Shown here: positions 18,923 through 29,351 of the stretch, one piece after another
Numbering within the stretch: the stretch's first letter is position 1
How the letters are laid out: every line of letters begins with the position of its first letter
Assembly: GCA_944336475.1 (NCBI GenBank)
Contig: CALVLD010000003.1
Location: 47,618 to 111,617, forward strand
Length of the DNA stretch: 64,000 nt
Reading direction: 5' to 3'
Source: an uncultured Clostridia bacterium
GTDB taxonomy: Bacteria > Bacillota > Clostridia > Christensenellales > CAG-138
The notes under the pieces: generated by a model
What the model was told of the DNA's origin: nothing
Seen by the model: the letters and a program-made list of their open reading frames with translations, nothing else
The model's database searches: none
Program-made: the position numbers and the translations under genes

Positions 18923-19135
18923 CGAAAGCATGTGGCGGACGCCGTTATCAGCATCGGAAAACCCGTTGGCGCAGGGCGTGTGCAGAGCTTCTTTGGGCAA
19001 TGTGTTCGGGTGTCACCCTCTCACCTGAGCGATACGCCTACCAAACATCTAAGCCTACGTGCATATGAAAACAGTGCAGCAAAAACAGGCAGCATCCCCC
19101 GTCCAAAACGGACAGGGGACGCTGTCTCTTTTTGG
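18923..19135 (+). ncRNA. Candidate sRNA B (multibranch, about 210 nt)
   Basis: Closing stem GCATGTGGC/GCCTACGTGC, inner GGCGTGT/ATACGCC, hairpin CGGGTG/CACCTG with loop TCACCCTCT, terminator GGCAGCATCCCC..GGGGACGCTGTC-TCTTTTT. Confidence 0.45.
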
Positions 19136-19145
19136 AGCTATCTCG

Positions 19146-20412
19146 TTATTCCTCTGGCAAATCGTACTTGGGAACCATTAGGCTGAGCAGGAGCGCTATA
19201 AGGAAGGATACTGCGAGCGAGCTGCCGAGCAGATTTTTCAAAAGCTGAGGATGGCGGAGTATGCGCAGGGTCATCTCGATGCCTATGCCTATGGAAAGCG
19301 CTATGCCGAGTATCATCTTATTGCGGTAGTTGAGCGGCTGCTCCGGTATGAGCTGTATGCCGAACATTGTTATCGCCGCAAACACCGTTACGGTAGCACC
19401 GCCAAGAACGGGCTTGGGTATGGCGGTCATCACCGCACCGGATTTGGGGAAGAAGCGAACAATGAGCATCAACCCGCCCACAATAAGGAATATACGCTTG
19501 GCGGCAGTCTTGGCGGCTGCGATAAGGCCGACATTCCAACTGTACGAATCGGTAGGTAAGCCTCCCATGCATGTGTCGATCATGCAGCAGATGCCCTGAC
19601 CCTTTATGGCATCGCCGGGCTCCTAATCCGTCGCCTCCCTGTGGAATGCACCCATTGTGGTGGAGGAAACATCGCCTATAGTCTGCACCGCCTGCACTAT
19701 GTACACGAGTATCATCAGTATGCAGTGCTAACCATGCCTGATTCCTGACTTCGTCAAAGCTTATGAGCCCCATGCCTGCAAATGCGCCAAAATTCTCCAT
19801 TATGAGCGCGACTATGCAGCCTGCTGCAATGCCCATCATCATACCCGACACACAAGCATGCCCTTGCAAAACAGACTGAACCCGAGCGTAACCACGGGCG
19901 TAACTATCGCCAATATCTACAGCGGTGCATAACCGAACTCTGCCGCATCCGCATTGCCGCCGCCCATATAGCTTAGCGCAGTCTTATACGGCGACAGGCC
20001 TATGCGCAGCACGGCCGTACCGCCGGCGACTACCGGGGGGAGAGTTTGCGTATCCTGCCAATGAACAGGCCGATAAATACGGAGGCAAAACCTGCAACGA
20101 GCCGCACACCGAATATTACGGCGATGCCGTACCGAGCGCCTATCATGAGCGGTGTGGGCATGTATGCAAACGCCACTCCTATCACGCTCGTCAGACCCAT
20201 GCCAAAGCCAAATATCGGGAACTCCTGAAGCATCGTTGTCAACCGGCCTATGAGCATTGAGTTTGGGTCAACGGTATCATATCCTCCGCCGGCAAATTCC
20301 GCGCACTCGCAATGAGCATGGGCGGAGTGATTTCGCCCAGCCTGTTTTTACCTCCATAGCGACCTGAGCGTCGGGTGATGCTTCGACCATAGGCGTTTCT
20401 TTTTTGCCGCAT
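19146..20412 (-). pseudogene. Fragmented xanthine/uracil permease (NCS2 family)
   Basis: Pieces in different frames: TTMLQ.FPI..FGMGL.SVIGVAFAY; degraded NCS2 signature 'LPTDSYSWNVGLI'; IPKPVLGGAT.TVF. Multiple stops and frameshifts. Confidence 0.85.
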
Positions 20413-20552
20413 TCCCTCATCATATGAACACTTTCGTTTGATTGGGCTCGGCACATTATTCCATTGGGAGCGTAAAATGTATTAAGCAATATTGTCAAGA
20501 CACCGTTGCGAGATAGGATGGGTGCATTTCATGCTGCTGTTTGATGGAGAGC

Positions 20553-23500
20553 CTATCCGTTGGTCTCATAAATCGCATCCGCCCTCGCCTCAAGCTCGGC
20601 AAAGCGTTCCTCAGACAGACTGTACTGGTAGCGCAGATAGCGCAAAGCCGGCGCCTGCCGTGACTTTATGCAGCTGCGCAGCGAATCCACCTGTCCCTGC
20701 CATGCGCTGTAGGAGCGGATCTGATTAGGCCAGCGGCTAATATGCCGAGTCATCTCCGGCTCTATTTCGGAGACGAGTTTATCGTATATGGACAAGGCTC
20801 TCTCGGGAGCAAACACATATTTGACTATGTATATGTATCGGACGATGAACTGCTCCCTCCAGCCGGCATTCTGGTTAACGGCGCAGTAGAGATCCATATT
20901 TGTCAGGCTCCCGTGCGCCGCCGCAACGCCGTTCGGGTTGAAATACAACGACAGCAGATTAGTGTTAATGTTATTGCCGTGCATGGCAAAGTCGGAGTCA
21001 TAGAGTATAGCCCGCCACTTTACGGAATAATCCCTTGCACGCCAGTACTTCTGGTTGAACATATCGCCGTCGAAAAAGTATGTGCGGCAGCAGAGATAGT
21101 CCATGAGAGAGTTGACATCGAGGTATTCGCAGAGACGTTCATAGTTGCTCTCATACGAGAAGAAGTTTGAATAGAGGTTTTCCTCCGTCTGGCCGCTACG
21201 GCAGAACTCACGCACCCAGTACCACTCATAGTTGGTACCGGCGAGCGTCGTGCCGTTGCGCTTGATTATGTCGATGTTGTTGCGGTCGATGCCATATCGG
21301 GAGACGAAGAAATCTTCATTGATGTTCTCCTTCAGGTCGTAGAGCCCCCAATACTCACCGTTTATGTACACGGCGACGGGCTGCACATAGGATACGTCGA
21401 CATTCAGACCCTGACAAATACGGCTGATGTAGGCGTCGCGCACCCTGGCATAGAGGGCGTCCTGTCCGCCGTTTCTAAGCAACAGTGAACGAAACGAGGT
21501 TATGTCGCAATCCTCAAAGAATGGATAATCCATGCTGCTCCTGCCGTAGCCGGCGCGGAAATATAGCGCAAGGGACTTCTGCGGATAGAGTGCGGTGGAA
21601 GCGCCGCTCACACGGACGCCTGCGCCCGTGTATGTGGCGAGCTTGCCCTCCTCGTAGTACTCCATAAAACATGGAACCTCATCCCCCTTTATCACACTGC
21701 CCGTCTCGGTCTGCGATGCGGTATACATGGAGTTGAAATCCGACCGCGAGAGCGACAGGCATACTACCGGCACGGAATGCTCGTCCTCAAAGAGGAATGT
21801 GTGCGCCGCCTCGGGGCTGTTGACAAGCCCGGGATGCACGGCTATAGCCCGTATCACGGTGTTGGAATCGATGCTTATGGGCTCTGCGTATATTGGAGAC
21901 GCTTCCGTCGGGGCGGAGCCGTTGGTGGTGTAGTGTATCACGGCGTTCTCTGTGGCGCAGGTGAGCTCGAGCATAAACGGTGCGTCGCAGAACAGCTCAA
22001 TATGGGAGAACACAGGCTCCGCAGCATATCCGCTCAGCGGCTCTGCATTGGCGCCCCCCCTGGTCGGCCTGTCAAAAAAAACACGCTCGCCCGTGCGTGT
22101 GCCGTTTGCCCTGCCCGATGTCACGCCCACTCCGGTGACGCCCGTTTCAAACACATCTCTGAACGACCCGTCCGGCGCAACAAGGTATAGCGTATCGCCG
22201 CTGCCGCCTATGCCTATCGGAGCAGTAGACGAGCTTTGCTCATCCGAGGCAGTAGAGCAGTATATCACAGTATAGCCGTTTGCATATATGGAGAAGTTTT
22301 TAAGGCTGAATTTATTCGGTTCCTCCGGATTGTCCGTCAGATACCAGCCGTCAAGCACGAGCGAGGATGATGAGCCGTTGTACAACTCTACCCAGTCCTT
22401 TCTGCCGCTGCGCGCCTCCGACACGCCGGAGACCTCGCTTATGTAGACTGAATCGGCATCGAATCCGCCCAGCCCCACGGGCGAGGCAAAACCGTATGTG
22501 GTATTGGGCGCATTAGGGGTCGGCACGGTGTAGTAGCGTAGCTCGTCCCCCTCGCTTCTGCCTATGGAGACATTGTCGCTCAAACCCTCGGGTATCAGCA
22601 TGGAGTCCATGCGCATGCCGTCATAGTTGAATAGGAATATCCCCTCGTCCACGCTTGATATTCTGAAGGATGCGTGAAGCTCCCCTTCCGAGGAATCCTT
22701 GCCGGAGAGGAATATGAGCAGATACCCTCCGGCGGGTATCTCGACATTGGGAAGCGCCCACTTGGTAGGGTCGTTGCGGCGGTCGGAGAGGTAGTAGCCC
22801 AGAAGGGAGACGGGGGCATCGGTAGTGTTCCAAAGCTCCACCCACTCGCATCTGTCGCCCTCGGCATCGATTATGCTGTAGAGATTATCCGGCAGAAACT
22901 CGTTTATGCGGATTGGATCGGACGAAGTCATATCCGTCCACTCAATGGCGGCAAACGTGCTTGTGCTGTTTGCGCTGCCCTTGGTGATATGCGTGGTGTA
23001 GCAAACCCCCTCCTCCGTTACCACGGCGGAGACACCGTCCGGCAGAGCAGGGTCAAACTCCAGAGTATCGGTGCGTTGGAACAGATTGTTGAACAGATAT
23101 ATCGCACTCTCGGAGGAGCTGACCTTGAAGGAGGCGTTTAGCGTGTCCTCCTCGTCCACTCCGCAGAGCTCCACAACGACATACTCACCGGCGCCGAGGG
23201 TCATCTCCGGGAAACGCCACTTGTCGAAGTGCTCAGGGTCGTCGGAGAGGTAGTAATCCTCAAGCTGAATGGGCTCCGCAGTATGATTCACGAGCTCAAC
23301 CCAGCCCTGAGCTCCGTTCACTATCTCGGTGAAGCGGAGCGCATCGACGGGGTCTATCACTGCAATCGCATCGGAAAGCTCGTCGACTATCTCAATGTTG
23401 GATTCGGCAAATGTTGGATATGCCGAATAGCCGTACGTACCGTCATCCCGCCTTGCATAGGATACATCGGGGTTAAGCTCCGGCACCTCTACATGCTGTA

Positions 23501-23966
23501 TCACCTGCGTGTAGGTATCGGTAAGAAGCAGATCCTCACCCGTGCGTGATAGGCCGAACGGTGCAACAAGCATGCCGTGGTCACTCTCCCCGTCGGATAT
23601 ACAGTAGACCATGAGATACTCGCCGCCGGCAATCACCGTCCCCTCGGGGAACACGAATCTCCGAGGCTCAAGCACATTGTCCGAAAGGCCGCAGCCCGAA
23701 AGATCTACGGCGGCATTGCCCGTGTTGTAAAGCTCCACCCAGTCGGGCGAGCCGAACTCCTCGCTCAAGTGCGAATTCTTGTTGGTGGAGACGACCTCGT
23801 TCACTACCACCGAGGATCTGTCGGTAAGGATATCGTCCAGGCCGGAACAGCCCACAAGACAGCACAGAGCCGTCAGCATGAGCGCAGCGAGCAGCAGACT
23901 TATTTTGCGAATATCAAAAGCTCTCAAAAGCACACCTCGTCGTAGGTTTATATTCCCCCGTTGCAA
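20553..23966 (-). CDS. Secreted/lipoprotein with tandem lamin-tail domains, chitobiase/Fn3-like domain and CotH kinase domain
   Basis: Four 'I(N/S/T)E...WVEL.N.....L..YYL(S/T)D' LTD-like repeats, IHYTTNGSAPT, YINGEYWGLY, WRAILYDSDFA; LVGC lipobox. Start uncertain. Confidence 0.85.
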   Translation of the reverse strand: MQRGNINLRRGVLLRAFDIRKISLLLAALMLTALCCLVGCSGLDDILTDRSSVVVNEVVSTNKNSHLSEEFGSPDWVELYNTGNAAVDLSGCGLSDNVLEPRRFVFPEGTVIAGGEYLMVYCISDGESDHGMLVAPFGLSRTGEDLLLTDTYTQVIQHVEVPELNPDVSYARRDDGTYGYSAYPTFAESNIEIVDELSDAIAVIDPVDALRFTEIVNGAQGWVELVNHTAEPIQLEDYYLSDDPEHFDKWRFPEMTLGAGEYVVVELCGVDEEDTLNASFKVSSSESAIYLFNNLFQRTDTLEFDPALPDGVSAVVTEEGVCYTTHITKGSANSTSTFAAIEWTDMTSSDPIRINEFLPDNLYSIIDAEGDRCEWVELWNTTDAPVSLLGYYLSDRRNDPTKWALPNVEIPAGGYLLIFLSGKDSSEGELHASFRISSVDEGIFLFNYDGMRMDSMLIPEGLSDNVSIGRSEGDELRYYTVPTPNAPNTTYGFASPVGLGGFDADSVYISEVSGVSEARSGRKDWVELYNGSSSSLVLDGWYLTDNPEEPNKFSLKNFSIYANGYTVIYCSTASDEQSSSTAPIGIGGSGDTLYLVAPDGSFRDVFETGVTGVGVTSGRANGTRTGERVFFDRPTRGGANAEPLSGYAAEPVFSHIELFCDAPFMLELTCATENAVIHYTTNGSAPTEASPIYAEPISIDSNTVIRAIAVHPGLVNSPEAAHTFLFEDEHSVPVVCLSLSRSDFNSMYTASQTETGSVIKGDEVPCFMEYYEEGKLATYTGAGVRVSGASTALYPQKSLALYFRAGYGRSSMDYPFFEDCDITSFRSLLLRNGGQDALYARVRDAYISRICQGLNVDVSYVQPVAVYINGEYWGLYDLKENINEDFFVSRYGIDRNNIDIIKRNGTTLAGTNYEWYWVREFCRSGQTEENLYSNFFSYESNYERLCEYLDVNSLMDYLCCRTYFFDGDMFNQKYWRARDYSVKWRAILYDSDFAMHGNNINTNLLSLYFNPNGVAAAHGSLTNMDLYCAVNQNAGWREQFIVRYIYIVKYVFAPERALSIYDKLVSEIEPEMTRHISRWPNQIRSYSAWQGQVDSLRSCIKSRQAPALRYLRYQYSLSEERFAELEARADAIYETNG

Positions 23967-24032
23967 CGGGTGATTATACTACATAATTCGGATGAAAGGA
24001 AGAGGAAAGATGTAAACATTCGGTGAATATGC

Positions 24033-25583
24033 TCACTCAATGTCGATCAGCCTCTTTGTGAGTACCTTTCTGTACATAAGCCCTGCTGCGACGGCAAAAC
24101 CCACTGTCAGCACCGCGCCAACCGCCACATAGGACGTCACGGGCAGGAGTATGGAGGCTATCATGGGTAACATGGTCAGACCCATACATATCGCAACGGT
24201 AATGCCCAATGAGGAGCTCTGCTTTACGGGCTCGATCTCCGTCTGCCATGTCAGCATGGGCGAGCGTATGTTGAGCAGAAGCCCCAGCACCGTTCCGAAC
24301 AGTATGCCTGCAAGCGGCATGAGCCATATCACCAGGACGACCAACGGCTGCGACCGTGCCATGATGGTGAGCAGTATGCATGCTATCAGCCACGCCGGTA
24401 GCATGATCGTAAGGTTTACGAGCATCTTGGCTTTGAACACGTCCTTCGAGCTTACAGGCATGGACTTTATCACCCAGAATGTCTTGCCCTCCATTGATAT
24501 GGAGACGCTCGTGGTAGGTATCATGCACATCCCTGCGACAAGGAAGGGCATCATGCGTGCAAACACGGGGAGAGCCTCCTCCAGATCACTGTTGACACGG
24601 CCCACAATGAGCATGGCGGCGGATATCACGACCGCCATGGCGGGGCCGCTTATGAAGTTCATGGTGTACATGCTTGACGAGAAGAGCCGCTTGCACTCAC
24701 GCCTGTACAGCGCCTTTCCCACGCCAAACTGCCTCTGCTCCGTCATCCTGTAGTCGCCCTTGAAATATGAGGCGTTGAGTGCGGCGCAGACGCGGGGATA
24801 GCTCACGCCTATCACGGCGAGCAGCAGTGCAATCGGAACAACGGATATAAGCACGAACAGCAGGAATGACAGCAAATTCCCCTCGGTTATTGCGGAAGCG
24901 TAGAGGCTTGCCGGTATGTACGCCGCACCTATCTTCGAGATCGCCTCCGGGGATATCTGCGAGCCCGAGTTGACGCTGAACAGCACTATAGCAAGTATCA
25001 GAAGCGTTGAAAGTATCGTCTGGATAATGGACTTGTTCTTCATCCGCGAGGATATCGCAAGCACTATCGCCCCTAATAACAGCGATACGAATATAGCGCC
25101 GAGCGGCATAACAAGCAGGCCTATCAGCGAGTAGATGTAGTACGAAAACGTAGTCGGCGCGCCGATTGCATAGGCAAAGATCATAGGCAGGCCCGTGACC
25201 GCGGAGGGTACCAATCCGTTTATGTATACGCAGAAGAAGCGGCTGAGCACTATCTCCCGCAGACGCACGGGAAGGATTATTGCATTCTCATACGCCTTCT
25301 CGTTGAACATGAGCTGCCCTGCCGTCATGAACGTAAACATGAGCGTCATGGCGGTACACACCACCGCCTGCAGCATCGGAACCACATGCGCCATGCCGAC
25401 ATCTGTAAATGTCATGGCCGTGCCGAACATGCTTACAGCAATCATTAGGTAGATAAACACGGTGACGATGAGATTCATCCTTATGCGCTTGTTCTTGCCC
25501 CTGTCCTTGCCGTAGCGGAGCTCGTTTATCTCGTACAGGTTGGCAAGCAGCACCCTTGTCAAAGCCCACAACCGTTTAAGCAT
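24033..25583 (-). CDS. ABC-2 type exporter permease
   Basis: About 12 TM, SISMEGK.FW.IKSMPV motif; coupled to the ATPase. Confidence 0.85.
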   Translation of the reverse strand: MLKRLWALTRVLLANLYEINELRYGKDRGKNKRIRMNLIVTVFIYLMIAVSMFGTAMTFTDVGMAHVVPMLQAVVCTAMTLMFTFMTAGQLMFNEKAYENAIILPVRLREIVLSRFFCVYINGLVPSAVTGLPMIFAYAIGAPTTFSYYIYSLIGLLVMPLGAIFVSLLLGAIVLAISSRMKNKSIIQTILSTLLILAIVLFSVNSGSQISPEAISKIGAAYIPASLYASAITEGNLLSFLLFVLISVVPIALLLAVIGVSYPRVCAALNASYFKGDYRMTEQRQFGVGKALYRRECKRLFSSSMYTMNFISGPAMAVVISAAMLIVGRVNSDLEEALPVFARMMPFLVAGMCMIPTTSVSISMEGKTFWVIKSMPVSSKDVFKAKMLVNLTIMLPAWLIACILLTIMARSQPLVVLVIWLMPLAGILFGTVLGLLLNIRSPMLTWQTEIEPVKQSSSLGITVAICMGLTMLPMIASILLPVTSYVAVGAVLTVGFAVAAGLMYRKVLTKRLIDIE

Positions 25584-26286
25584 CGGCAACGACCTCCATA
25601 AAGGTCTCCTCGAGTGTTCTGCCTTGGGTCAGCTCTTCGATATTGCCGGAGGCTATGAGTCTGCCATCCTTTATAACGGCTACCTTGTTACAGAGCTTTT
25701 CGGCAACGTCGAGCACATGTGTGGAGAAGAATATAGCACCGCCCCTGTCGCACAGCTCGTGCATTATGCGCTTGAGTGTTACGGCCGACTCGGGATCGAG
25801 GCCGACAAACGGCTCGTCGAGTATGAGAAGCCTGGGTTCGTGCATGAGCGCAGAGACTATCGCCAGCTTCTGCTTCATGCCGTGGGAGTAGGCCGATATG
25901 AGATCCCCCAGTGCGTTGGTTATTTCAAACTCAGCGGCATACTTTCCGATAAGCTCCGTGCGGTCTGTCTTGGACACGCCGAACATATCCGCAATGAAGT
26001 TGAGGTACTGTATGCCCGTGAGATACTCGTACATGTCGGGATTGTCGGGGATGTACGCCGTGACGGATCTGCAGAGTATCGGCTCGCGCTTTACGGAATG
26101 GCCGTCTATATATATCTCGCCTTCAAAGTCGAGTATGCCGACACAGGCCTTTATCGTGGTGGTCTTGCCTGCGCCGTTGCGGCCTATGAAGCCGTAGATG
26201 TCTCCCGGCTTTATCTCAAGCGAGAGATTCTGGACGGCACGCTTGCCGCCCTTGTATGTCTTTGACAGATTCTCTATGTGAAGCAT
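25576..26286 (-). CDS. ABC transporter ATP-binding protein
   Basis: GRNGAGKTT, YSHGMKQK, LILDEP. Confidence 0.92.
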   Translation of the reverse strand: MLHIENLSKTYKGGKRAVQNLSLEIKPGDIYGFIGRNGAGKTTTIKACVGILDFEGEIYIDGHSVKREPILCRSVTAYIPDNPDMYEYLTGIQYLNFIADMFGVSKTDRTELIGKYAAEFEITNALGDLISAYSHGMKQKLAIVSALMHEPRLLILDEPFVGLDPESAVTLKRIMHELCDRGGAIFFSTHVLDVAEKLCNKVAVIKDGRLIASGNIEELTQGRTLEETFMEVVADA

Positions 26287-26295
26287 TCAGTCCTC

Positions 26296-26904
26296 CTAAA
26301 ATATCTCCGGCAACAGCCTTTTCATTTCAAGGTAGAGTGGAACTGCAATGGCTCGCATATCCGGGTGCGCCGCAGGGGATGTGCGCAGCCTGAAGAAATG
26401 GCGCCACTCACGGAGATTCATGGTGCAGATGAACTCCGTCTTGAGGGAGTTTGGAAGCACGCTCCGTGCCGTCTCCGGCGGAACGCCCTTTGCAAGCAGG
26501 CGGAAGTAGCCTGCCTCCGCTGCTTCGCACGTCTCATGCCATATGCCGTACTCAATGCTGCCCTTTTCAAGTCCTGTGGGACGAACGAACGTTATCTCCG
26601 CTCCAAACTTATCCTTTGAGTAGTTGCAGTAGCGGGTGCTCTCCTGGGAGTAGCTGGCTATCCTGTGCCTCACCCACTCGTGGGAAACGCCCCTGTCGGT
26701 GATTATGCGCACGCTTATTGAAAAATGCTCAAAGGGGCTCTCATGCCCGCGCTCAAGCATGAGGCGTACGAGCCGCTCGTGGCTGCCATCGGACACCGCT
26801 CCCTCGGACTTGTAGCATACACGGCCGCAGAGTTCGATATGACGCATCACAGCCTCCGTGTCTATGGGGGTGATTATTTCAAACGACGGCTCTATGACCC
26901 TCAT
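26296..26904 (-). CDS. thyX: FAD-dependent thymidylate synthase
   Basis: HESPFEH, RHR.ASYSQESTRY, MNLREWRHF..LR. Confidence 0.95.
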   Translation of the reverse strand: MRVIEPSFEIITPIDTEAVMRHIELCGRVCYKSEGAVSDGSHERLVRLMLERGHESPFEHFSISVRIITDRGVSHEWVRHRIASYSQESTRYCNYSKDKFGAEITFVRPTGLEKGSIEYGIWHETCEAAEAGYFRLLAKGVPPETARSVLPNSLKTEFICTMNLREWRHFFRLRTSPAAHPDMRAIAVPLYLEMKRLLPEIF

Positions 26905-27335
26905 ATCATGTGCCTCTCTATGCCGTTCTCGGTGCGGACTACGAGTCCCATGATACCGGCATTCTTGAGCATTCTGGAGCAGATTATGCAGGGCGCCGGC
27001 CTTGCCAGCTCGCCGTTTGAATCAAAGCCTGCAAGGTAGAGCGTTGCGCCTATCATGTCACGCCTTGCGGCGGAAATTATAGCGTTCTGCTCCGCATGCA
27101 CCGCAACGCACTTTTCATACTGTTCGCCGTGGGGGATGTTATTAGCCTCACGCCAGCATACGCCGCTATCACAGCAGTTCGGCTCGCCCCTTGCAGCCCC
27201 GTTATAGCCCGTTGCTATGATCTCGTCGTTCTTGATTATGACCGCCCCATACTGACGGCGCAGACAGGTCGAACGCTTTGCGACGGCTGCCGCAATGGAA
27301 AGGTAGTACTCGTCCTTGGAGATGCGTTGTGACAT
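26901..27335 (-). CDS. dCMP deaminase (ComEB-like)
   Basis: RSTCLRR, TGYNG, HAEQNAI, PC..C. Confidence 0.9.
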   Translation of the reverse strand: MSQRISKDEYYLSIAAAVAKRSTCLRRQYGAVIIKNDEIIATGYNGAARGEPNCCDSGVCWREANNIPHGEQYEKCVAVHAEQNAIISAARRDMIGATLYLAGFDSNGELARPAPCIICSRMLKNAGIMGLVVRTENGIERHMI

Positions 27336-27437
27336 ATGTATACCTCCTTATCGTGATGTTTAAGTATAGCACTTTTTGCCGTTCCCTGCAAGATGCGGCA
27401 TGCATTGCCCCGGCCTTTCGGAAGTTTTGAACAATAG

Positions 27438-27467
27438 AAAAATCCCCGATCCAAACGGATCGGGAAT
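27438..27467 (-). terminator. Terminator of rnpB
   Basis: CCCGATCC-aaac-GGATCGGG hairpin followed by a U-run on the minus strand. Confidence 0.7.
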
Positions 27468-27477
27468 CCGATATGTT

Positions 27478-27814
27478 TTGAGCGACCCGTAAGCCGAGTT
27501 CTGTTTATGTGACCATCTATCTCGACTGCGTGTTTCCACGCAGCTCATGCGATTACGGGGAGCGTGACGGACAGCCATTAAATGCTCCCATTTCAATCTT
27601 GCTCCGGGTGGGGTTTACATGGCACGGTATGTTGCCATACCGTCGGTGGGCTCTTACCCCGCCTTTCCATCCTTGCCGCAGATGCGGCGGTCTATTTCTG
27701 TTGCACTTTCCTTAAAGTCGCCTTCACCGGACGTTATCCGGCACCCTTGTCCTGTGGAGCTCGGACTTTCCTCACCGCAATTTTTCGTGCGGCGCAGTCA
27801 CTTGGGTCACTCAA
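27478..27814 (-). ncRNA. rnpB: RNase P RNA (type A-like)
   Basis: Minus strand GAGGAAAGTCCGAGCT ... AAAGTGCAACAG ... GGTAAGAG ... ACAGAACTCGGCTTA; P1 GAGTGACCC/GGGTCGCTC. Confidence 0.95.
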
Positions 27815-27823
27815 ATTTTAACA

Positions 27824-28552
27824 TCACAGTATGCAGAGTATCCTCCCGCAGTTGTCGCACTCGACTATGCTGGTGCTCGCTGCGACCCTGCGTATCACGG
27901 ATGTGGGCAGCGACATGCAGCAGCGCTCGCATTTGTTGTCCTTTATCCGTGACAACGGCTGAGGTCTGGTCTTTTTCACCGCCTTGTATTTCTTCAGATA
28001 TTCGGGGGATACCTGCTTTGCCGCAATCTCAACGGCTTTCTGCGCCTGCGCTATCTCAGGGGCTGCCGCATCCTCCTCCGTCTTGCAAACGGCTTTCAGA
28101 TTCTTATACTCCTTGTTGAGCTTGTTCGCCTTCTCGCAGAGGGCGTTCCTCTCCGTCATGGTCTTTTCCGCACTCTCGGCCACCTCGGCAAGCAGCTTTC
28201 TGAGGGTTTCTATCCTTTTGCTTAATTCCTCCAGCTCCTCACGACACTCAGTGAGCTCGGCGGCGGTGCACTCCTCGTCCTTGATCATTATTTCGAGGTT
28301 TTCCTTCTCAAGATCGTAATCGTTCAAGAGCGTTTTAAGCGTTCCGGCGGCGTCCTCGACGGTCTTAGCCTTCTCGTTCAGGGAGTCATTCAATACGTCC
28401 ATCTGCGCCGTTTGCTCCTTGAGGATGGCGTGCAACTTCATGCATCTCTGTCTTGCCGGAGTGCTCCTGACCTGCTTCTTCAACGAGTCAAGCGCAAGCT
28501 CCGCTTCCTGATACTGCCATAATGCTTCGATCTGTGTCATAATATCATCCAT
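27824..28552 (-). CDS. Coiled-coil protein with C4-type zinc ribbon (DUF164-like)
   Basis: Long coiled coil, CERC...CDNCGRIL; usual neighbour of Nif3. Confidence 0.85.
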   Translation of the reverse strand: MDDIMTQIEALWQYQEAELALDSLKKQVRSTPARQRCMKLHAILKEQTAQMDVLNDSLNEKAKTVEDAAGTLKTLLNDYDLEKENLEIMIKDEECTAAELTECREELEELSKRIETLRKLLAEVAESAEKTMTERNALCEKANKLNKEYKNLKAVCKTEEDAAAPEIAQAQKAVEIAAKQVSPEYLKKYKAVKKTRPQPLSRIKDNKCERCCMSLPTSVIRRVAASTSIVECDNCGRILCIL

Positions 28553-28588
28553 TCCCCACCAAAGGTGGATTTATTTTCGGCCCTGATG

Positions 28589-29350
28589 TCACAACGCGCG
28601 GAGGGGGCTCCGCTCCGTCCTTGACAGTATGAATTCCACTTCCGGAGCCATGCTGCGCACCTTAGCAATGAGCGGCTCCAGAACGACGCGCTCGGTCTCA
28701 TAGTGACCCGCAACCACCACGCAGAGCCCGGCATGCGCCGCTTCTATCGCATGGTTATGCTTGCACTCGCCCGTTACATACACGTCCGCACCTGCATTCA
28801 ATGCGTATGCATACTCCGCACCGCCTGCACCGCCGCATACGCATGCCGTGCGGAGGAGCTTATCCTCACCCGCTATGCGTACCCTTGTGCCCAGCGTCTG
28901 CTCCACCCTGCGGGCAAACTCGGTCAGCATCATCGGAGTCTTGAGCCTCCCTATGCGCAGCATATTGTCGGGCGGCAAGGGAACCTCGTCCTCAATGCCC
29001 AACAGCCTGCACAGCTCCGTGTTTACGCCTCCCTCGGCACAATCAAGATTGGTGTGCGCCGCAAACAGTGCGATGTCGGAGCGTATCAGCCTGAACACCG
29101 GACCGTCAATTGGATCATCCGGCATAAGACGTTTTATCGGCCTGAACAGGAGGGGATGGTGCGACAGCACAAGGTCGCAGCCAAGCTCCTCCGCCTCACG
29201 CACTGCGGCCTGCGTACAGTCGAGTGCGACGAGCACACGGGAGATATCCTCCCTGTATGTGCCCACGATAAGCCCCGAATTGTCAAAGCCGAGCGCCATG
29301 TCGGGAGGCGCAACGGTACCCATCATTGAGACAAAATCGCACAGCTTCAT
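28589..29350 (-). CDS. Nif3-like dinuclear metal center protein
   Basis: DNSGL.VG, HHPL.F, HTNLD, GHYETE. Confidence 0.92.
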   Translation of the reverse strand: MKLCDFVSMMGTVAPPDMALGFDNSGLIVGTYREDISRVLVALDCTQAAVREAEELGCDLVLSHHPLLFRPIKRLMPDDPIDGPVFRLIRSDIALFAAHTNLDCAEGGVNTELCRLLGIEDEVPLPPDNMLRIGRLKTPMMLTEFARRVEQTLGTRVRIAGEDKLLRTACVCGGAGGAEYAYALNAGADVYVTGECKHNHAIEAAHAGLCVVVAGHYETERVVLEPLIAKVRSMAPEVEFILSRTERSPLRAL

Positions 29351-29351
29351 T

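Noticed and set aside
18923-19135. 6S RNA
   Set aside because: The length fits, but visible pairing is multibranched rather than a rod with a central bubble; not excluded without an Rfam search.
20410-20550. Purine riboswitch upstream of the NCS2 pseudogene
   Set aside because: No TATAAT...GATATGG...GTTTCTACC...CCGTAAA consensus visible.
27509-27821. Short ORFs over rnpB
   Set aside because: The region is fully explained by RNase P RNA.
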